DNA of 64,000 nucleotides, taken from assembly GCA_016906335.1 (NCBI GenBank), contig JADEYG010000012.1, positions 1,302,001-1,366,000 on the forward strand, given 5' to 3'. The stretch comes from Novakomyces olei. Its lineage: Eukaryota. Made by a program: the position numbers and the translations under genes. Under the pieces are notes generated by a model. That model worked only from the letters and a program-made list of their open reading frames with translations. It did not search any database and was not told the DNA's origin. Positions 60,614 to 64,000 of this stretch are shown here, in pieces (the stretch's first letter is position 1; each line of letters opens with the position of its first letter).

Positions 60614-63600
60614 TTATTCTTCATTGTATAGCATTTTTGTAAATTTAGTGAATTTGTTTCCAAGTAGGTTCTTGGTCAATCCATCTGCCTTCATGTTTCG
60701 TGAGGGGCATCTCTGTATGCTTATCAGTCCATTTCTCACAATATCCATCACATAGTAGCGGGTGTTACTTAGATGTTTTGAACCCTGGTAGTTTCCACCA
60801 TTAGTTGCAAGTAATATGCAGGCGTTGTTATCGCGGTAGACGATTGGGATGTTATCGGGCCCTTTATTAATTTCGTCCATTAGATATTTGTAGTACAAGG
60901 CTTGATTGACTGTTAGTTTCATAGCTTCGAACTCCGCCATCATTGTACTTGGTGTTACAATTTTTTGCTTTTGCGAGTTCCAGGCTATTGGGCCGTTATT
61001 TTTTCCTAGTGAGACAACGTATCCTGATCGGGATTTTCTGTCGCAAGTGTCTCCGGCGAAATCAGAGTCGCCCCACGAGTGTATCTGTAGATCATTTTCT
61101 CTAGTGTAGGTGATACATGTGTCCAGTGTAGCGTTTAGATATCTCATAGTGTGTTTTAAGGCCTGTATTTGTTCTTCATTTTGTCTTTTTGTATGTTTGC
61201 TTAACATACTTATTGCAAATCTGAGGTCTGGTCTTGTCCATTCGGTCAAATATATTAATTTTCCTATAATAGTTGGATAGATTTCCAGACAATCATAATT
61301 TTCATCCGCGGGATGATAGAGTGAATTGATGTTTGTGATGGGCTGACTTATGTATTTTAGGTTAGTGTCTCCGTAAGTGCGTATAATTGACTTAGCAAAT
61401 TGTGACTGTGACAATTTGAGTATTCCTTTGTCGCGATCATATGTAATGTCCATACCAAGATATCTCTTTATTTTTCCAAGTGACTTGATGGAGTAAAATG
61501 TTTTCAAAAAGGATTCAAATTCAAGTCTCTTTCCTTTCTGTTTTTCGACGATCATGAGGTCATCTACGTAGACAGCAATAATTAAAGAGTCATTGTAATA
61601 TATGGCAGAATCTTTGTTTGATTTTGTTAGACCGTATTTTGTCAATGTAGAATCCAGTTCACTGTTCCACGATCTTGGTGCCTGTTTGAGACCATAGAGA
61701 CTTTTGTTTAATTTTAGGACAAGGCCGGGTTTAATTTTCACTCCATCGGGTTTTTTCATGTACACTGACTCCTTTAGTGTACCATATAGGAAGGCTGTAT
61801 CCACGTCGATTTGATAGATTTCATAATTTTTAATTACGCTGTAAGCTAATAACCACCGTATGCTGTCAGGACGAGCGACTGGGGCGTATGTATCTTCATA
61901 GTCTTTTCCAAAAATCTGTGAGTACCCTTGTGCTACTAGTCTTGCTTTTCTAATTATTTCATTCGACTGTTCTCCTTGTTTCAGTTTAAACACCCATCTG
62001 CATCCAACTGTACGTATATTTTGTGATTGGGGAACGACTTTCCATACTTCATTTCTTTCCATTGCTTTTAGTTCTTTATTTATTGCTTCTTTCCACTGAT
62101 TCCCAAATGGCCCAGTGATTGCTTCATTGTAATTTTGAGGCTCAATGTCAGGAGCTTCAATGTGATTAACGCCTCCTTTGGGTCTGTTTAATATTTTCCT
62201 TTGACCATTTTTAAGGAAAAGGGGGGAAAGGATTTTCTTCAATTTTTCTTTGGAGATCCCTTCAAGATTTAATTTTCTTTCACCAGAAAGGATTTCCTGC
62301 AGCGGGTCTATTTTTCTGAATTTTTCGTCTCCTAGTTGCTCTGATGACGTTTTTCTTTTTCGCGCAGGTTGATTTCCTGGGCTGATAAGCTCTAGGCTTG
62401 GTTCCTCTTCTATTTCAATTATAGAATTATTTTTTGATTCAATGTTCTTTAAATTATTGTCAATTTCCATGTTTGATTGAGGGTCGTCACTTTCCTCATC
62501 GTCTGTATTTGATTTATTTCCACTTGGCTCTGTTGAGTCTTCGATCGAGTCCTTTAGGTTGTCAGATGACTGATTTTCCTCAGAATTGGCTTGCGTGGGA
62601 TTTTCAGAATTTTTGTTAATATTTAACGTATCATCAGGCGGAGTTTGGGGCGTTTCGAGAGTATTTGATAGACTATTTGGCGATTTGATTTGTTCAGGTA
62701 CCTTGTTTGACAGTTCACTACTTAGCTTTGGTAGATTGTCAATTATAGTTGTGTTGATCCCTTGCGTGGGATGAGTTGTGTCGTGGTCCCTTTTATTCTC
62801 CGTATCGGCTTCAGTATTATTTTTGTATGTAAGTTCGCTGTATATTTGATTTTCATTATAATCAGTAGCAGTGGAATTATTAATCTGTTCGTTTTCAAGG
62901 AATTTGACATTTCGAGATACGACTCTTTTCCCATTTTTGAGATTGGACAGTATGTAGCCTTTCTGTGTTTCAGAGTAGCCGATAAAAATGTATTCATCTC
63001 CTCTTTGTTCCAGCTTGGTTTTGTTATTGGCGTGCTTGTCCAGTGCTATTGCCAAGCAACCAAACACTTTCAGATTGTCCAGATTCGGAGGTCTTTTGTA
63101 GATTGTTTCGTACGGAGTCTTTGGTGCTATTCTAGTTGGTAGTCGATTTTTCAGGTAGCAACTAGTGACCACAGCATCACTCCAGAATTTTATCGGGACT
63201 TTGCGTGCTAGTAGTAGGCTTCGTGCCTTCGATAATATTGTTCGATTTGCGCGTTCCGCTACTCCATTTTGCTGTGGAGTGTAAGCGGTGCTAGTTTGGT
63301 GTATAATGCCATGTTTTTTGCACAGTTCATGCATTTCGGCATTGATGTATTCCAGACCGTTGTCTGTTCTTAATGTTTTTATCATTTTTCCAAATTGTGT
63401 TTTAACAAATGGAATTAACTCTGCGAAGATTTGGGTGACTTCATTTTTATTCTTCATCAATTTTATGAACGTGAAGCCCGACAGGTCTTCTATAAATGTA
63501 ACGAAGTATTTGTAATTAAATTCAGAATTTAGATTGATAGGCCCGCACACGTCGCTGTGCACCAGGTCAAATAGACCTGTTGGTCTGCTTCTCCCCGTAT

Positions 63601-64000
63601 TTGGGAAGGGTTCCCGAGTTATATTTGCTGTTGTACATGTATGACATGGTTCAATATCGTTGATTTTAATTAATTGTATTTTCCCTGTGGCTTTTCCGTT
63701 TATCAGCTCTAGCAGGTACTGTTTATTTGTGTGGCCTAGCCTTTCGTGCCACAGTTTTGCCTTTTCGGCACTATCTTCAGTAACAGAATTTGAAATGTAT
63801 TCGTTATGATAGATTGGTTTTGCAGTGAAATAAAATATATTATTATTTTTCTTGAGTCGCATAATTGGTTTTGCGTTGCTCATTAACGTTAACTTAGATT
63901 CGGCAATTGTCATGGAATTTTTTCCACTGAATGCCTGTAGAATGAGCGGATTGAATAAATTTGTGCCGTACTTAGGGGCATATAAGACGTTTGATAGGAT
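60614..64000 (-). mobile_element. Ty1/Copia retrotransposon pol ORF (protease end, integrase, RT, RNase H); 5' part lies beyond the window
   Basis: Open to the window edge (ILSNVLYAPKYGTNL); LWHERLGH..CHTC, HSDVCGP, LRTDNGLEY, NGVAERANR, KARLVAQG, LYGLKQ, YVDD, DSDFAG, ADGLTK; IN-RT-RH order. Confidence 0.97.

Noticed and set aside
60407-60631. Poly-Tyr ORF (74 aa)
   Set aside because: Translation of the (TAT)n microsatellite inside the LTR.

Overview
Fungal genomic DNA (AT-rich ascomycete with short GT..AG introns and CTAAC/CTAAT-type branch points; an intron-rich, early-diverging yeast-like lineage is my inference, not determinable here). Layout: (1) 0.9-28 kb, catabolic and transport genes: MFS permeases, ALDH, TfdA/TauD dioxygenase, ADH, two SDRs, FMO and two Zn2Cys6 regulators, with a shared TCGGCTAT promoter motif across the 7-17 kb block. 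(2) 29-49 kb, an accessory island carrying EIGHT copies or fragments of one small nuclease family (predicted ubiquitin-like N-domain + conserved Ser/Arg linker + HNH_2-type endonuclease). Four copies are intact and intronless, one is a divergent multi-intron copy, and three are broken. They are interspersed with a decayed F-box/WD40 gene, candidate solo LTRs, a FAD-dependent amine oxidase and a third Zn2Cys6 gene. (3) 50.7-58.8 kb, a DUR3-like transporter + lamB/PxpA + lamA-like (urea-carboxylase-type) cluster. (4) 59-64 kb, an LTR+PBS relic with inverted and tandem repeats, followed by an intact-looking Ty1/Copia pol ORF and its 3' LTR. The HNH array is the best candidate for an undescribed system (selfish nuclease or polymorphic effector). 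All family assignments come from motif recognition by eye; no searches were run.
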